In this document: positions 9,307 through 18,502 of the stretch, piece after piece
How the letters are laid out: each line of letters opens with the position of its first letter
How positions within the stretch are numbered: the stretch's first letter is position 1
NCBI GenBank assembly: GCA_964409615.1
Contig: CAYPDT010000001.1
Location: 499,880-563,879, forward strand
Origin: an uncultured Candidatus Saccharibacteria bacterium
GTDB lineage: Bacteria; Patescibacteriota; Saccharimonadia; Saccharimonadales; AWTP1-31
DNA: 64,000 nucleotides
Direction: 5' to 3'
Notes under the pieces: generated by a model
Databases searched by the model: none
Seen by the model: only the letters and a program-made list of their open reading frames with translations
What the model was told of the DNA's origin: nothing
Program-made: the position numbers and the translations under genes

Positions 9307-10234
9307 ATGCCTCCTGTCCTGTACGATTTTTGCCGATAATCAACCACAGTAATCCAAGGGTAATGAACAGTACTCCACGGTCGATAATGGCTACCGATAA
9401 TATTTGATTGGTTGTTAGGCCAACAATGCTTGCTGAAAGAATATACACACCTTCTTTGATTCCAAGATTTGCTGGCGTGACATTTATAAAAACACTTAGG
9501 GCACCGAGGACGCTCAGAAATAGTAACCCCGAAATACTCACTGTAATTCCCAAGGCAACCACTTCAAAATACAGAATAGCCATAGTCAAGACAAGCTGGC
9601 CGGCTATCAGTCCGCCTAAGCTAATTAGTAGTTTTTTATTTTCCGCGACCGTACGCCAACCACTTGTCATCATATGTAGACTGCGTTGAATTTTTCCAGC
9701 AATACTTTGTTTTTTACTGTCTTTGATAGCTACAAAGCAAAACATGGTAGCAACTGTGAGCAGGCTACAGAATGCAGCTACCGCCAACCAGTAAATCACT
9801 CCACTTCTTTGTGGTGCTAACGCTAGGCTGGTTAGGCCTGCTACTGCATTGACTATAAAAATTAACAGGTAGTTACCGTACAAGGTAGTTATGTAATCAC
9901 TATAAGCTAGCCCGTGGCGTTTTTTTAAGTATATAGCCCGAAATCCAAGCCCTGCCCCCGAAGATGCAAAAAAATTACCGAGCGATGATATCAGCGACAC
10001 GCGTGTGCTTTCGTACGTCGAAAGTCTTACCTTAAATGGCCGAACCACATATTGGATAAACAACCCGTTAGTAATAACTATGCCCACGTAACCTAACCCA
10101 ACCAAGGCAAGATAGCCTGGGCCAACATTACGTAGACTAGAGAAGTCGGCTTTATTGACCCAAAAATAAACGCCAAACACTACCAATAGCGCGGCTGCTA
10201 AAATTTGCTTCTGGTGGGTTCGGAAATGTTTCAT
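9296..10234 (-). CDS. UPF0104 / lysyl-PG-synthase-TM-like flippase-type membrane protein
   Basis: 312 aa with about 8 TM segments. Its position between a GT and a GT-C protein is typical of flippase-like-domain proteins. No motif-level proof. Confidence 0.55.
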   Translation of the reverse strand: MKHFRTHQKQILAAALLVVFGVYFWVNKADFSSLRNVGPGYLALVGLGYVGIVITNGLFIQYVVRPFKVRLSTYESTRVSLISSLGNFFASSGAGLGFRAIYLKKRHGLAYSDYITTLYGNYLLIFIVNAVAGLTSLALAPQRSGVIYWLAVAAFCSLLTVATMFCFVAIKDSKKQSIAGKIQRSLHMMTSGWRTVAENKKLLISLGGLIAGQLVLTMAILYFEVVALGITVSISGLLFLSVLGALSVFINVTPANLGIKEGVYILSASIVGLTTNQILSVAIIDRGVLFITLGLLWLIIGKNRTGQEAYAA

Positions 10235-11322
10235 ACTTCGTGTCCTACATTGTTATAGACAGCCAGGTATAGTTCGCTAATGTGCTCCCAGCCAAAGGTC
10301 GCTAATGAATACTTACGCGCACGGGCTCCCGCAGTGTGACTGTGCGTAGTATCACGTAAAACCTTTAAGATTGCCTGAGCGTGAGCAGCAGCGTCTTTTG
10401 CAGGAACTAACGTGCCATTTTTACCATCTGTTATAGCATCACGAATTCCCTCTATGCCACTGGCCACAACAGGCACCTCACAGAGTGCTGCTTCGATTAA
10501 AACCCGACCAAACCCCTCCATGTCACCCACTACAGGGATGTTGGGCATAACAAAACAATCAGCAGCGTTATATAAGTTATGTAGCAACACATCAGTGGTT
10601 CGTCCTAATAACCGTACCGAACCCTGCAGGCCTGCAGCCTCGATAGCGCTTTCGATATTTGCGCGCCACGGGCCTTCACCGCTTACTAATAAGATAGTGT
10701 CTGGCTGCTTGCTTAGAACTAGGGGCATCACCTGGGTAACAAACCATTCCATGCCTTTACGTTCTACTAATCTGCCGCTGCTGAGGATTATTTTTTTATC
10801 TTGCGCGTCGGGAATCGCATCATAAACACTCTTCCGTGCTGTCTCTTGGTCACCACTAAAAACATCGTCGGTTACGCCGATAGGTATAACTTGGGTCTTA
10901 CCCGCCGTCACACCACGGCTTATGACCTCTTTCTGTGCAGCCTCACTAATGCAAACCACTTGTGTTGCATGACTCAGTGACCACCGTATGAGCACCTGAA
11001 ATAAGCGCAACTTATAAGTTACATCCAGGCCATGAATAACTACAACCAGTGGTTTCCGGAACAACTTAGCGAGCGGGTTCAACATAATCGACACTACGCC
11101 GTCTTGAGCGTGAATTACATCAATCTTTCTTGTCGATAAGTACCACATTGATCGAATAAAGAAGTACGGCAGCACAAACAAAAGGGCCGACTTAGAACCG
11201 CCCCACCGTAAGCTAAATAACTTCACCTTGGGCTGCAACGCATCGTGCATATCTTTAGCAAAGCGCTCCATACCACCTTGGGCAGGTGGAAAACACCTGG
11301 TAACGAATAATACCCGCTTCAT
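10231..11322 (-). CDS. GT4-family glycosyltransferase
   Basis: CFPPAQGGMERFA at the N-terminus and CFVMPNIPVVGDMEGFGRVLIEAALCEVPVVAS (EX7E) at the C-terminus. Confidence 0.85.
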   Translation of the reverse strand: MKRVLFVTRCFPPAQGGMERFAKDMHDALQPKVKLFSLRWGGSKSALLFVLPYFFIRSMWYLSTRKIDVIHAQDGVVSIMLNPLAKLFRKPLVVVIHGLDVTYKLRLFQVLIRWSLSHATQVVCISEAAQKEVISRGVTAGKTQVIPIGVTDDVFSGDQETARKSVYDAIPDAQDKKIILSSGRLVERKGMEWFVTQVMPLVLSKQPDTILLVSGEGPWRANIESAIEAAGLQGSVRLLGRTTDVLLHNLYNAADCFVMPNIPVVGDMEGFGRVLIEAALCEVPVVASGIEGIRDAITDGKNGTLVPAKDAAAHAQAILKVLRDTTHSHTAGARARKYSLATFGWEHISELYLAVYNNVGHEV

Positions 11323-11328
11323 AGGGTA

Positions 11329-12312
11329 TTAAGATTTCTCCTTAAGGTTGCGCGGGTACTTTATATCTTTTAGGCTCTCGTACATTTTTTCTTGGTTATT
11401 GAGCAGTCGAACTTGCATGTCAGCCAACAAGCCAATAGCCCAAATAATTATGCTCAAGGTGAACAGGTAGGCACCCAAAAACCCTACAAACTTATACGGA
11501 CTTATCTCGCCGGTACGCTGCCAGTGAACGGCTGTAAAGATGAGGCACGGAATACCAATAAGTGATGGTAGCATCCCCAACCATCCAAAGAATCGAAGTG
11601 GCGCAAAGTCACGGTAGGCACGCAAAATGTTGAGTGCACTCAATGCTACATATGCAGGTACACTGGTTACTACCCGTGACTTTCGGTCGGGGTAGTATTT
11701 GACTACTACTGGCAGTGCCTGGATGCGCATCCGCTTCATAGCCAAAACTTGGAACGTTTCTTGCGTGTAGGTATGTGTACCATTGGTATTGATGGCAACG
11801 AGTGCATGGCGGCTGTAGGCCCGAAAACCACAGGTCACATCATTAAACTTTTGGCCACTCAAACGACCAGTCACCCAAGATCCAAGCTTGTTACCATAGT
11901 ATTTTCCTGCAGGCATATTCTGTGGCTTACGAGTCTCACCTGTTTCGGGCGATGTAAAGCGGTCGGCAGCTACAAAGTCCGCTTCATCATCCACAATAGG
12001 TTGTACAAACTTAGGGATATCTTCGGGTGCAAACTGCAAATCACCATCGATATTAACTAATACATCAGCGTCTCGCGATAACGCCAGGTCGACGGCTTCA
12101 CGAAACCGAAAGGCTAGCTTCTTGCTTATACCACCACCCAGCACTCGGGCACCATGTTTCTTTGCAACCAGAGCAGTGTCATCCGTACTACCATCGTCTA
12201 TAACCCACTTCTCGATTGAAGATATGCCAGCTATTTTCGATGGAATGCGGTCTAAGAGTTCGCCAATCGTTTTGGCTTCGTCTTTACAAATAGATACAAC
12301 AACTAGCTTCAT
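11329..12312 (-). CDS. GT2-family polyprenol-phosphate glycosyltransferase-like protein (Dpm1/ArnC/GtrB type) with C-terminal TM helices
   Basis: The GT-A N-terminus reads KLVVVSICKDEAKTIGELL...VIDDGSTDDT...NIDGDLQF (DXD). Two C-terminal hydrophobic helices follow. Confidence 0.85.
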   Translation of the reverse strand: MKLVVVSICKDEAKTIGELLDRIPSKIAGISSIEKWVIDDGSTDDTALVAKKHGARVLGGGISKKLAFRFREAVDLALSRDADVLVNIDGDLQFAPEDIPKFVQPIVDDEADFVAADRFTSPETGETRKPQNMPAGKYYGNKLGSWVTGRLSGQKFNDVTCGFRAYSRHALVAINTNGTHTYTQETFQVLAMKRMRIQALPVVVKYYPDRKSRVVTSVPAYVALSALNILRAYRDFAPLRFFGWLGMLPSLIGIPCLIFTAVHWQRTGEISPYKFVGFLGAYLFTLSIIIWAIGLLADMQVRLLNNQEKMYESLKDIKYPRNLKEKS

Positions 12313-12366
12313 AAGCTCCCTTTATATAGCTCTTATTGTAACAGGTACAGAGGTAATATGCCGTGC

Positions 12367-12816
12367 CTAGACAGATGTACTGGTGTTGCTACGTTCGCGT
12401 TTTCGCTGCTCTTCGGTCTCGTCTGGCCTTGCGTAATCGTCTTCGAGCCGCCAAGTTGTGCCCTTTTCGGGCGTGGAGACTTCGATGATGTCGCAATCCG
12501 TCACGCCAACGAGGCGATGTTTTTGACCTACAGAAGTAGAGTAGCCTACCCCTTTTTGTAAAACAGTTTCGGTTAACTCACCCTTGTTGTTTTCCCAAAT
12601 AACCTTTGCCTCACCGGCAATCAAAAACCAGCTTTCTTGCTTTTCGTCATGGATTTGCAACGACAGGCGAGCATCTTTGGCTATATGGAGCACCTTACCC
12701 ATATATGGAGCATCTACGGGCACCCAGTGAATTTCATATCCCCAGGGTTTTTCTATGCGAACACCGTAAGAATTCTGTGAAAAACTAGTTGCATCAAACT
12801 GTGGCTCGTCATGCAT
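12367..12816 (-). CDS. cupin-domain protein, type II phosphomannose-isomerase-like
   Basis: KPWGYEIHW...GKVLHIAKDARLSLQIHDEKQESWFLIAGEAKV is the cupin/PMI-like pattern. It neighbours the PMM and ManC genes. Confidence 0.6.
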   Translation of the reverse strand: MHDEPQFDATSFSQNSYGVRIEKPWGYEIHWVPVDAPYMGKVLHIAKDARLSLQIHDEKQESWFLIAGEAKVIWENNKGELTETVLQKGVGYSTSVGQKHRLVGVTDCDIIEVSTPEKGTTWRLEDDYARPDETEEQRKRERSNTSTSV

Positions 12817-13345
12817 CGGTAATGTCCTCCTTGTTCAATTTGTTGTCTGTGTAATTTTGGACTGCACGCGCTATAAACTCTCGTTGCGAATCCATCAAAC
12901 CTTGTGGTAAATCTTTGGCGTCAAAAAACTCTCCAGCTTTCGGCTCACCGATTACTTCTGCCCAGTATATCTGGGCCTGCTCAACACCACGTTTACTTCG
13001 ATGGAGAATATTACTGGCAAGGTGTAATTCTCCCAACTGGGTTCCCGCCAATTCTTCTTGAGTAATACGAGAGTGTATTGCCGCAGGTTGCCGCTCATCG
13101 GTTGCCCGCACAACAGTACCGGGAGTATGTAGTTGATTAGGCCAAATAGGATCATCTGGGCCCCGTGAAAGCAATAGCACCTGTACTGTGTTATTTATAC
13201 TTCGTACGGGCACAACTTCTACAATTGGTAGCGCCAGAATACGGGCAAATTGTTCGAATATTTCATATGGCACAAATCCTTCCGGAAGACGCTGCAACAA
13301 AGCTACTAACTGCTGTTTTTCGTTGTCAGAAAGAGGAGTGTTCAT
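12809..13345 (-). CDS. hypothetical protein, possibly Nudix-like with a degenerate Nudix box
   Basis: The segment GTVVRATDERQPAAIHSRITQEELAG only loosely fits GX5EX7REUXEEXGU. The gene sits inside the GDP-mannose cluster, where Gmm-type Nudix hydrolases are known to occur. Confidence 0.35.
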   Translation of the reverse strand: MNTPLSDNEKQQLVALLQRLPEGFVPYEIFEQFARILALPIVEVVPVRSINNTVQVLLLSRGPDDPIWPNQLHTPGTVVRATDERQPAAIHSRITQEELAGTQLGELHLASNILHRSKRGVEQAQIYWAEVIGEPKAGEFFDAKDLPQGLMDSQREFIARAVQNYTDNKLNKEDITDA

Positions 13346-13348
13346 ACG

Positions 13349-14104
13349 TTAGACGGTGGCCAAGATTGCCCGAAGCGCAATTAAGGTATGTTGCCAATGA
13401 GACACTTCGAGAGCGTCGATACCCATAGCTTTTACTGGATAGTCATTGCCTCCTTCAGTCAGGCGGTCACCAAAGAACAAAATCTCGTCTTTCGTGACTT
13501 GCAAAATATCCATTAGGCGCTGCATACCGTAGGCTTTGTCTATGCCGAGCTTTGTGACATCAATCGATGTTGAACCGCCGCTTCGTACTTCGAACTGGGG
13601 AATCTGTTCAGCTACATAATCACGGAGCTTTTGCTTCTTGGAATTATCTGGGTCCCAGTCTTCTTTATCTTTAACAGGTGCTTCCTGCCCAAGGGCCGAC
13701 AACGTGACCTGGCTACCACGGTCTTCGATAATGTCGCCCCATGGTTTTGCTTCACGCATACCTAAGGCGTCGAGACCATCGTTAAGAGCAGCAATAATGG
13801 TGTCTTTTTCGTCTTTAGTAAAGTCCTCGGCATAAATTTTTTGCCATTCCGAACTGATGATATCAAAGCGATAATAGCGAGTGCCGCAAGTAGGCATCAA
13901 GTGAAGCGCTTCGGCTTTAATAGGGTCGGCCTTAAGGTTGGCTAGAAGTTGTTTTTCAAACTGCTCAAACTTACCACCAGATATAACGCAGACCTGAAAT
14001 TTTGTTAATAATTCGTTAAGTACTTCAGCCATTTCGTCGGTCAGGGCAGCTTTACTCTCAGCTAATGTTCCATCTAAATCAAAGGCAATTACCTTACGGC
14101 GCAT
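13349..14104 (-). CDS. HAD-IIB hydrolase, eukaryotic-type phosphomannomutase-like
   Basis: The HAD motif I is IAFDLDGTLA. The protein is 251 aa with a cap-type insertion and a terminal FGDRLTEGGNDYP motif. It lies between the ManC gene and the PMI-like gene. Confidence 0.7.
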   Translation of the reverse strand: MRRKVIAFDLDGTLAESKAALTDEMAEVLNELLTKFQVCVISGGKFEQFEKQLLANLKADPIKAEALHLMPTCGTRYYRFDIISSEWQKIYAEDFTKDEKDTIIAALNDGLDALGMREAKPWGDIIEDRGSQVTLSALGQEAPVKDKEDWDPDNSKKQKLRDYVAEQIPQFEVRSGGSTSIDVTKLGIDKAYGMQRLMDILQVTKDEILFFGDRLTEGGNDYPVKAMGIDALEVSHWQHTLIALRAILATV

Positions 14105-14111
14105 AGTACTC

Positions 14112-15161
14112 CTACTTCTTTTTTAATAGTTCAGCAATTTGTTTCACTTTTTGCGATTGGTCCGTGCGCATAACCAGCACCCCGTTTTCGGTATTCACCA
14201 CCACAACATTATCCATGCCAATAACCGCTACCGGCCGTTCGGGACAGTCATTTCGCACATACACCTGTGCGCTGTCAATAACATGTACTTTGTCACCAAC
14301 TACAGCATTGCCATTTTGGTCACGACTGCTTACTTGGTGAATTTCGTCGAACGAACCAACATCCATCCAGTCGAAGGTACCTGGCATAACAAGCAAGTCA
14401 GTCACCTTTTCCATCAGGGCAGTATCTATGGCTTCTTTTTCAAAGTCCAGATATATCTCGTCACGTTCGGCCGTTGACTTTGCCCCAGCTAGTCGATCTA
14501 GCTGAGTAGTCCAGTGTTTGTCGGCAAAGTTGTGAATCTTTTGTTCGAACACATTGTATGGCGCAACAAAATAGCCCATGTTCCACAGATATTCACCACT
14601 CTCGAAATATTGTTTAGCAATTTCGTAGGGTGGTTTCTCTTTAAAGCTACTGATTTCATAGACAAAGTTTTCACCCTCGGTAGAATCACCTTTATGAATA
14701 TAGCCGTATTTAGTATCCGGCTGGTTGGGTTCCATGCCCAGCAAAGTAATTTTTTGATGCTTACGCGAGATTTCACCGGCTCGTTTAATCGCCCCGGCAA
14801 ACCCCCGCGCATCTCTAATTTGGTGATCAGCATGGATTGAAGCTATTGGTTCATTATGGTCGTGCCGTGTACTAATAAACTGCAGAGCATTCATGATACA
14901 AGGCATGGTGTCGCGCCGTGCCGGCTCTACAATTACATGGTCTTTGGCTAGCTCTGGTAACTGTTCGAAAACATGGTCTGAATGGCTTGCTTCGGTAGAA
15001 ATGTAAATTTTGTCTATAGAGGTGATTTTCTTTGCACGAGCAAAGGTGTTTTGCAGTAGCGATTTGTCGCCCACAATACTAAGCAAATGTTTGGGGTATT
15101 CGGGTACAGATAACGGCCACAAGCGCGTTCCAGACCCTCCAGCGATGATGACAACAATCAT
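14112..15161 (-). CDS. manC: mannose-1-phosphate guanylyltransferase
   Basis: MIVVIIAGGSGTRLWPLS is the nucleotidyltransferase signature. At 349 aa it has the ManC N-terminal domain without a fused PMI domain. Confidence 0.85.
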   Translation of the reverse strand: MIVVIIAGGSGTRLWPLSVPEYPKHLLSIVGDKSLLQNTFARAKKITSIDKIYISTEASHSDHVFEQLPELAKDHVIVEPARRDTMPCIMNALQFISTRHDHNEPIASIHADHQIRDARGFAGAIKRAGEISRKHQKITLLGMEPNQPDTKYGYIHKGDSTEGENFVYEISSFKEKPPYEIAKQYFESGEYLWNMGYFVAPYNVFEQKIHNFADKHWTTQLDRLAGAKSTAERDEIYLDFEKEAIDTALMEKVTDLLVMPGTFDWMDVGSFDEIHQVSSRDQNGNAVVGDKVHVIDSAQVYVRNDCPERPVAVIGMDNVVVVNTENGVLVMRTDQSQKVKQIAELLKKK

Positions 15162-15212
15162 ACGACTATTATGCTATGACGAACTATATTTCCAAAGTTA
15201 TGGACGTAAAAA

Positions 15213-16163
15213 TCAATTATTTTTTTGAATTCTGGGATTACCAACACCTTGCAAGTAACGGATAAAATGCACAACAGTGAATAGAATGGCACGCTGCTGA
15301 AAGGCTCTTTTATCTACGAACCGTGCGTTACTCATTTCAAATTCAGTTTGCTCTGCAGGATGTCGGTATTCTACAGGCACACTCTTCACCCTGTGACCCT
15401 GGTGTAATGCCGCAACAATGGGCAGGAACAAGGCATTCGCCCAAAGCCCTGGTGCCTGCTGATCCAGGCCAGTAACTTTTTCGTCTACGAACTGATAATC
15501 GACGGTAAACAACTCTAATATTTCTGGGCTATTCTTAAAGAATCGAGGACCAAACCACGCATCTAAATCTGGTGCATCTATAGGGTATAATCCAAATCGT
15601 CGCAATAAACCGTTATACAGTCTATTACTTTCTTGCTCGAAACCAACCTGAAAATCGGGGTACGTGTCAAAGGCTTCTTGATTCCGGCATGGTAGTACGA
15701 CGTCTGCTTCACCATCGAGAATTGCTTTTGCTGGATCAACTAGGTTGTCTGTGGCCATCGATAACTTCTCAGGTTCAATCCAGCCAATAACTTTAATGCC
15801 GTCCAAGGCAGCAGCAGCCCTAAATGCTTGTTGGCGGCCCTTACTCATCCCCTCTTCTTCTTGTGCCAACACGCTTACCGACCCTCGGCTGATTGCGTCA
15901 ATAAAGTCTGGCGAGCTACCTCCATCGACTACAATTACCCTGAATCCCTGATTCGAGGCAGCCTGAATAGTTTGTACTGCTAAATCACCTCTAAGTTTTG
16001 ATTCACTGGGATGCTCACCCTCTGGAACTTCACCCGGATACCAATCCCGGTATAAGGTGCCTGTAGTTAATCCTACCTGTTGGGTGATATGTTCAATTTC
16101 TGGGTTGGGAACTATTTCCGTGAATGAAGGTTGTGGTTCATAAGATGTCCCGGGTGATGTCAT
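15213..16163 (-). CDS. hypothetical protein, weak GT-A-like features
   Basis: The ORF is 316 aa, and its stop-to-start spacing fits the operon. FRVIVVDGGSSPDFIDAI resembles a GT-A beta-strand/D motif. The product is unknown. Confidence 0.5.
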   Translation of the reverse strand: MTSPGTSYEPQPSFTEIVPNPEIEHITQQVGLTTGTLYRDWYPGEVPEGEHPSESKLRGDLAVQTIQAASNQGFRVIVVDGGSSPDFIDAISRGSVSVLAQEEEGMSKGRQQAFRAAAALDGIKVIGWIEPEKLSMATDNLVDPAKAILDGEADVVLPCRNQEAFDTYPDFQVGFEQESNRLYNGLLRRFGLYPIDAPDLDAWFGPRFFKNSPEILELFTVDYQFVDEKVTGLDQQAPGLWANALFLPIVAALHQGHRVKSVPVEYRHPAEQTEFEMSNARFVDKRAFQQRAILFTVVHFIRYLQGVGNPRIQKNN

Positions 16164-17107
16164 TACAATACTTTAAAATATTCAATGGTTTTTTGCAATC
16201 CGTCTCTCAATGCCACAGTTGGCTCCCAATTAAGTACTTCCCTGGCCCGAGTGATATCTGGTTTTCGTTGCAATGGATCATCAGCAGGGAGTGGCGCATG
16301 CTTAATTCGAGATTGCGAACCAGTAAGTTCAATCACTACGTCTGCAAGTTGCTCTATGGTGAATTTTCCAGGGTTACCTAAGTTCATTGGGTCTGATTCT
16401 TCTGAATCAATCAAACGAGCGATGCCCTCTACTAAATCTGACACGTAGCAAAAACTGCGAGTCTGCGTGCCTTCGCCGTAAATTGTCAGGTCTTTGCCAG
16501 CAAGTGCTTGAACGATTAAGTTAGAAACAACTCGACCATCATCTGCATCCATCCGGGGGCCGTAGGTGTTGAAAAAGCGTGCAATACACGTTGACGTTTC
16601 TGGATAGCGCTGGCGGTAGGAATAAATCAACGCCTCAGCGTACCGTTTTGCTTCGTCATACATCGCCCGGGGGCCGTAGCAGTTAACACTACCCCTGTAG
16701 CTTTCGGGTTGCGGGTGAACAAGTGGGTCACCGTAGACCTCACTGGTACTCGCTTGGAAAAAGCGTGCTTGCTTATCGCGAGCCAGCTCTAGTAATCTCA
16801 GCGTGCCTTCTGATCCAACTCGTAATGTTTCAATGCTCAATCTCTGGTAGTGTGGTGGACTTGCCGGGGAAGCCATATTGAGTATGATGTCATAGGATTT
16901 TTGAGTAACATTTTGAGGCAGCTCTTCAACAATATCAGCCACAATAAAACTAAAATTACTATCGTTTTTTAGGTGGGCAAGATTATTCTCGCTACCCGTA
17001 GATAGGTTATCGATTGCCACGACTTCGTAGCCTTTGGCAAGATAGTAGTCAGCCAAGTGCGAGCCCAAGAAACCAGCACCTCCACTAATAAGTACGCGCT
17101 TACTCAT
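16163..17107 (-). CDS. uxs: UDP-glucuronate decarboxylase (UDP-xylose synthase), extended SDR
   Basis: VLISGGAGFLGSHL, ASPASPPHYQ, ASTSEVYGDP and YDEAKRYAE closely follow the UXS pattern I recall from UXS1-type enzymes. I set the start at the ATG at 17107 (MSKRVLISGG), not the track's 17194, which would overlap ugd by 95 nt. Confidence 0.85.
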   Translation of the reverse strand: MSKRVLISGGAGFLGSHLADYYLAKGYEVVAIDNLSTGSENNLAHLKNDSNFSFIVADIVEELPQNVTQKSYDIILNMASPASPPHYQRLSIETLRVGSEGTLRLLELARDKQARFFQASTSEVYGDPLVHPQPESYRGSVNCYGPRAMYDEAKRYAEALIYSYRQRYPETSTCIARFFNTYGPRMDADDGRVVSNLIVQALAGKDLTIYGEGTQTRSFCYVSDLVEGIARLIDSEESDPMNLGNPGKFTIEQLADVVIELTGSQSRIKHAPLPADDPLQRKPDITRAREVLNWEPTVALRDGLQKTIEYFKVL

Positions 17108-18428
17108 GTTTGCCAACTGTCTTTCGGCCCATTGATTCATAATAAAATCCATGGCCCTGCATATCGGATGTGCTATATAAATTGCGTCCGTCAAAAATGA
17201 CAGGTTTCTTCATTAAATCTTTAACACGCTTCCAGTCGGGCGAAAAGAACTCATTCCAGTTAGTAGCGATAACTAATGCATCAGCATCTTTGAGAATACT
17301 GTATTCGTCTTCCCCAAACTCTAGTAGACTATTTTCACTGTAGGCGCGTCGAACATTCTCTATAGCCTGCGGGTCGAAGGCAATTACCTGCGCCCCTTCA
17401 GCGGTTAATACATCAACCACCGTCAGTGCCGGTGACTCTCGAATATCATCAGTGTCGTCTTTAAATGCCAGCCCCCATAGTGCAATCTTTTTGCCTTTGA
17501 GCTTGCCTTTATAGTAATTAAGAACTTTAGCTGGTAGGCGCTGCTTCTGTTCTTCGTTAGTCTTAACTGTTGCAGTAACGATATGAAGCTGAATACCGTG
17601 TTCGTTTGCCATGTTCTCTAATGCTAGGGTGTCTTTAGGAAAACAACTACCACCATAGCCAGGGCCAGGATACAAAAACTGCGAACCAATCCGGGCATCC
17701 ATGCCCATACCTAAACGCACCGCTTCTATATCGGCGCCAGTGGCTTCGCAGAATGCCGTGAGCGCATTAATAAAACTAATTTTTGTTGCCAAGAAGCCAT
17801 TGGCCGCATACTTAATAGTCTCGGCGGATGCAGTATCTGTAACCATAAACCGCTCGGGTGCTTCCCGAACAAGGGGTAGATATACTTGTCGCATAATCTC
17901 GGCACCCTGTGGTGTTTGCACCCCAACAACAATGCGATCAGGTGACAAAAAATCGTTTATTGCTTGCCCTTCCCTTAAAAATTCTGGGTTAGATACTACC
18001 TCGAAAGAGACTGAGCTATTTTTAGCAACTGCAGCATGTACTTTCTGTGCCGTACCCACCGGCACGGTGCTCTTATTAACAATCACCGTGCTTTTGTTTT
18101 GGATTATTGGCCCGAGTTGTTTTGCAACACCAAGCACATAGCTTAAGTCAGCCGAGCCGTCGTCGCCCGGAGGGGTAGGTAAAGCCAGAAAGATGACTTG
18201 CGCATCTTTTACTGCGCTCAGTTGCTGACTAAAGCGTAATCTTCCTTCTTTTACATTACGGTGCACCAAGTCATCAAGGCCTGGCTCGTAAATAGGAATC
18301 ACCCCTTTTCGTAACTTCTCTACTTTTTCAATATTATTATCAATACAAATTACGTCATTACCAATTTCGGCAAGACACGTACCACTCACAAGACCAACAT
18401 ACCCGGTTCCAATAACAGCTATTTTCAT
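17100..18428 (-). CDS. ugd: UDP-glucose 6-dehydrogenase
   Basis: MKIAVIGTGYVGLVSGTCLAEIGNDVICID and the catalytic GGSCFPKD motif. Confidence 0.95.
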   Translation of the reverse strand: MKIAVIGTGYVGLVSGTCLAEIGNDVICIDNNIEKVEKLRKGVIPIYEPGLDDLVHRNVKEGRLRFSQQLSAVKDAQVIFLALPTPPGDDGSADLSYVLGVAKQLGPIIQNKSTVIVNKSTVPVGTAQKVHAAVAKNSSVSFEVVSNPEFLREGQAINDFLSPDRIVVGVQTPQGAEIMRQVYLPLVREAPERFMVTDTASAETIKYAANGFLATKISFINALTAFCEATGADIEAVRLGMGMDARIGSQFLYPGPGYGGSCFPKDTLALENMANEHGIQLHIVTATVKTNEEQKQRLPAKVLNYYKGKLKGKKIALWGLAFKDDTDDIRESPALTVVDVLTAEGAQVIAFDPQAIENVRRAYSENSLLEFGEDEYSILKDADALVIATNWNEFFSPDWKRVKDLMKKPVIFDGRNLYSTSDMQGHGFYYESMGRKTVGKHE

Positions 18429-18435
18429 TACGATA

Positions 18436-18441
18436 ATTATA
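18436..18441 (-). promoter_or_regulatory. -10 box TATAAT, 7 nt before the ugd ATG (leaderless-type)
   Basis: The minus strand reads cttaTATAATtatcgtaATG. Confidence 0.4.
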
Positions 18442-18490
18442 TAAGAGTTTTACTAGTTTGCTTAACTTTGACAGTAATTATGATTATGAC

Positions 18491-18496
18491 TATATT
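18491..18496 (+). promoter_or_regulatory. -10-like TATATT, 6 nt before the ATG at 18503
   Basis: gacTATATTtacaacATG read directly. Confidence 0.35.
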
Positions 18497-18502
18497 TACA
18501 AC

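Noticed and set aside
17701-18141. A 146-aa plus-strand ORF, and the similar 10412..10825 ORF of 137 aa.
   Set aside because: Both are nested antisense to well-supported genes (ugd and a GT4) and have Ser/Thr/Ala/Pro-rich artefactual translations.
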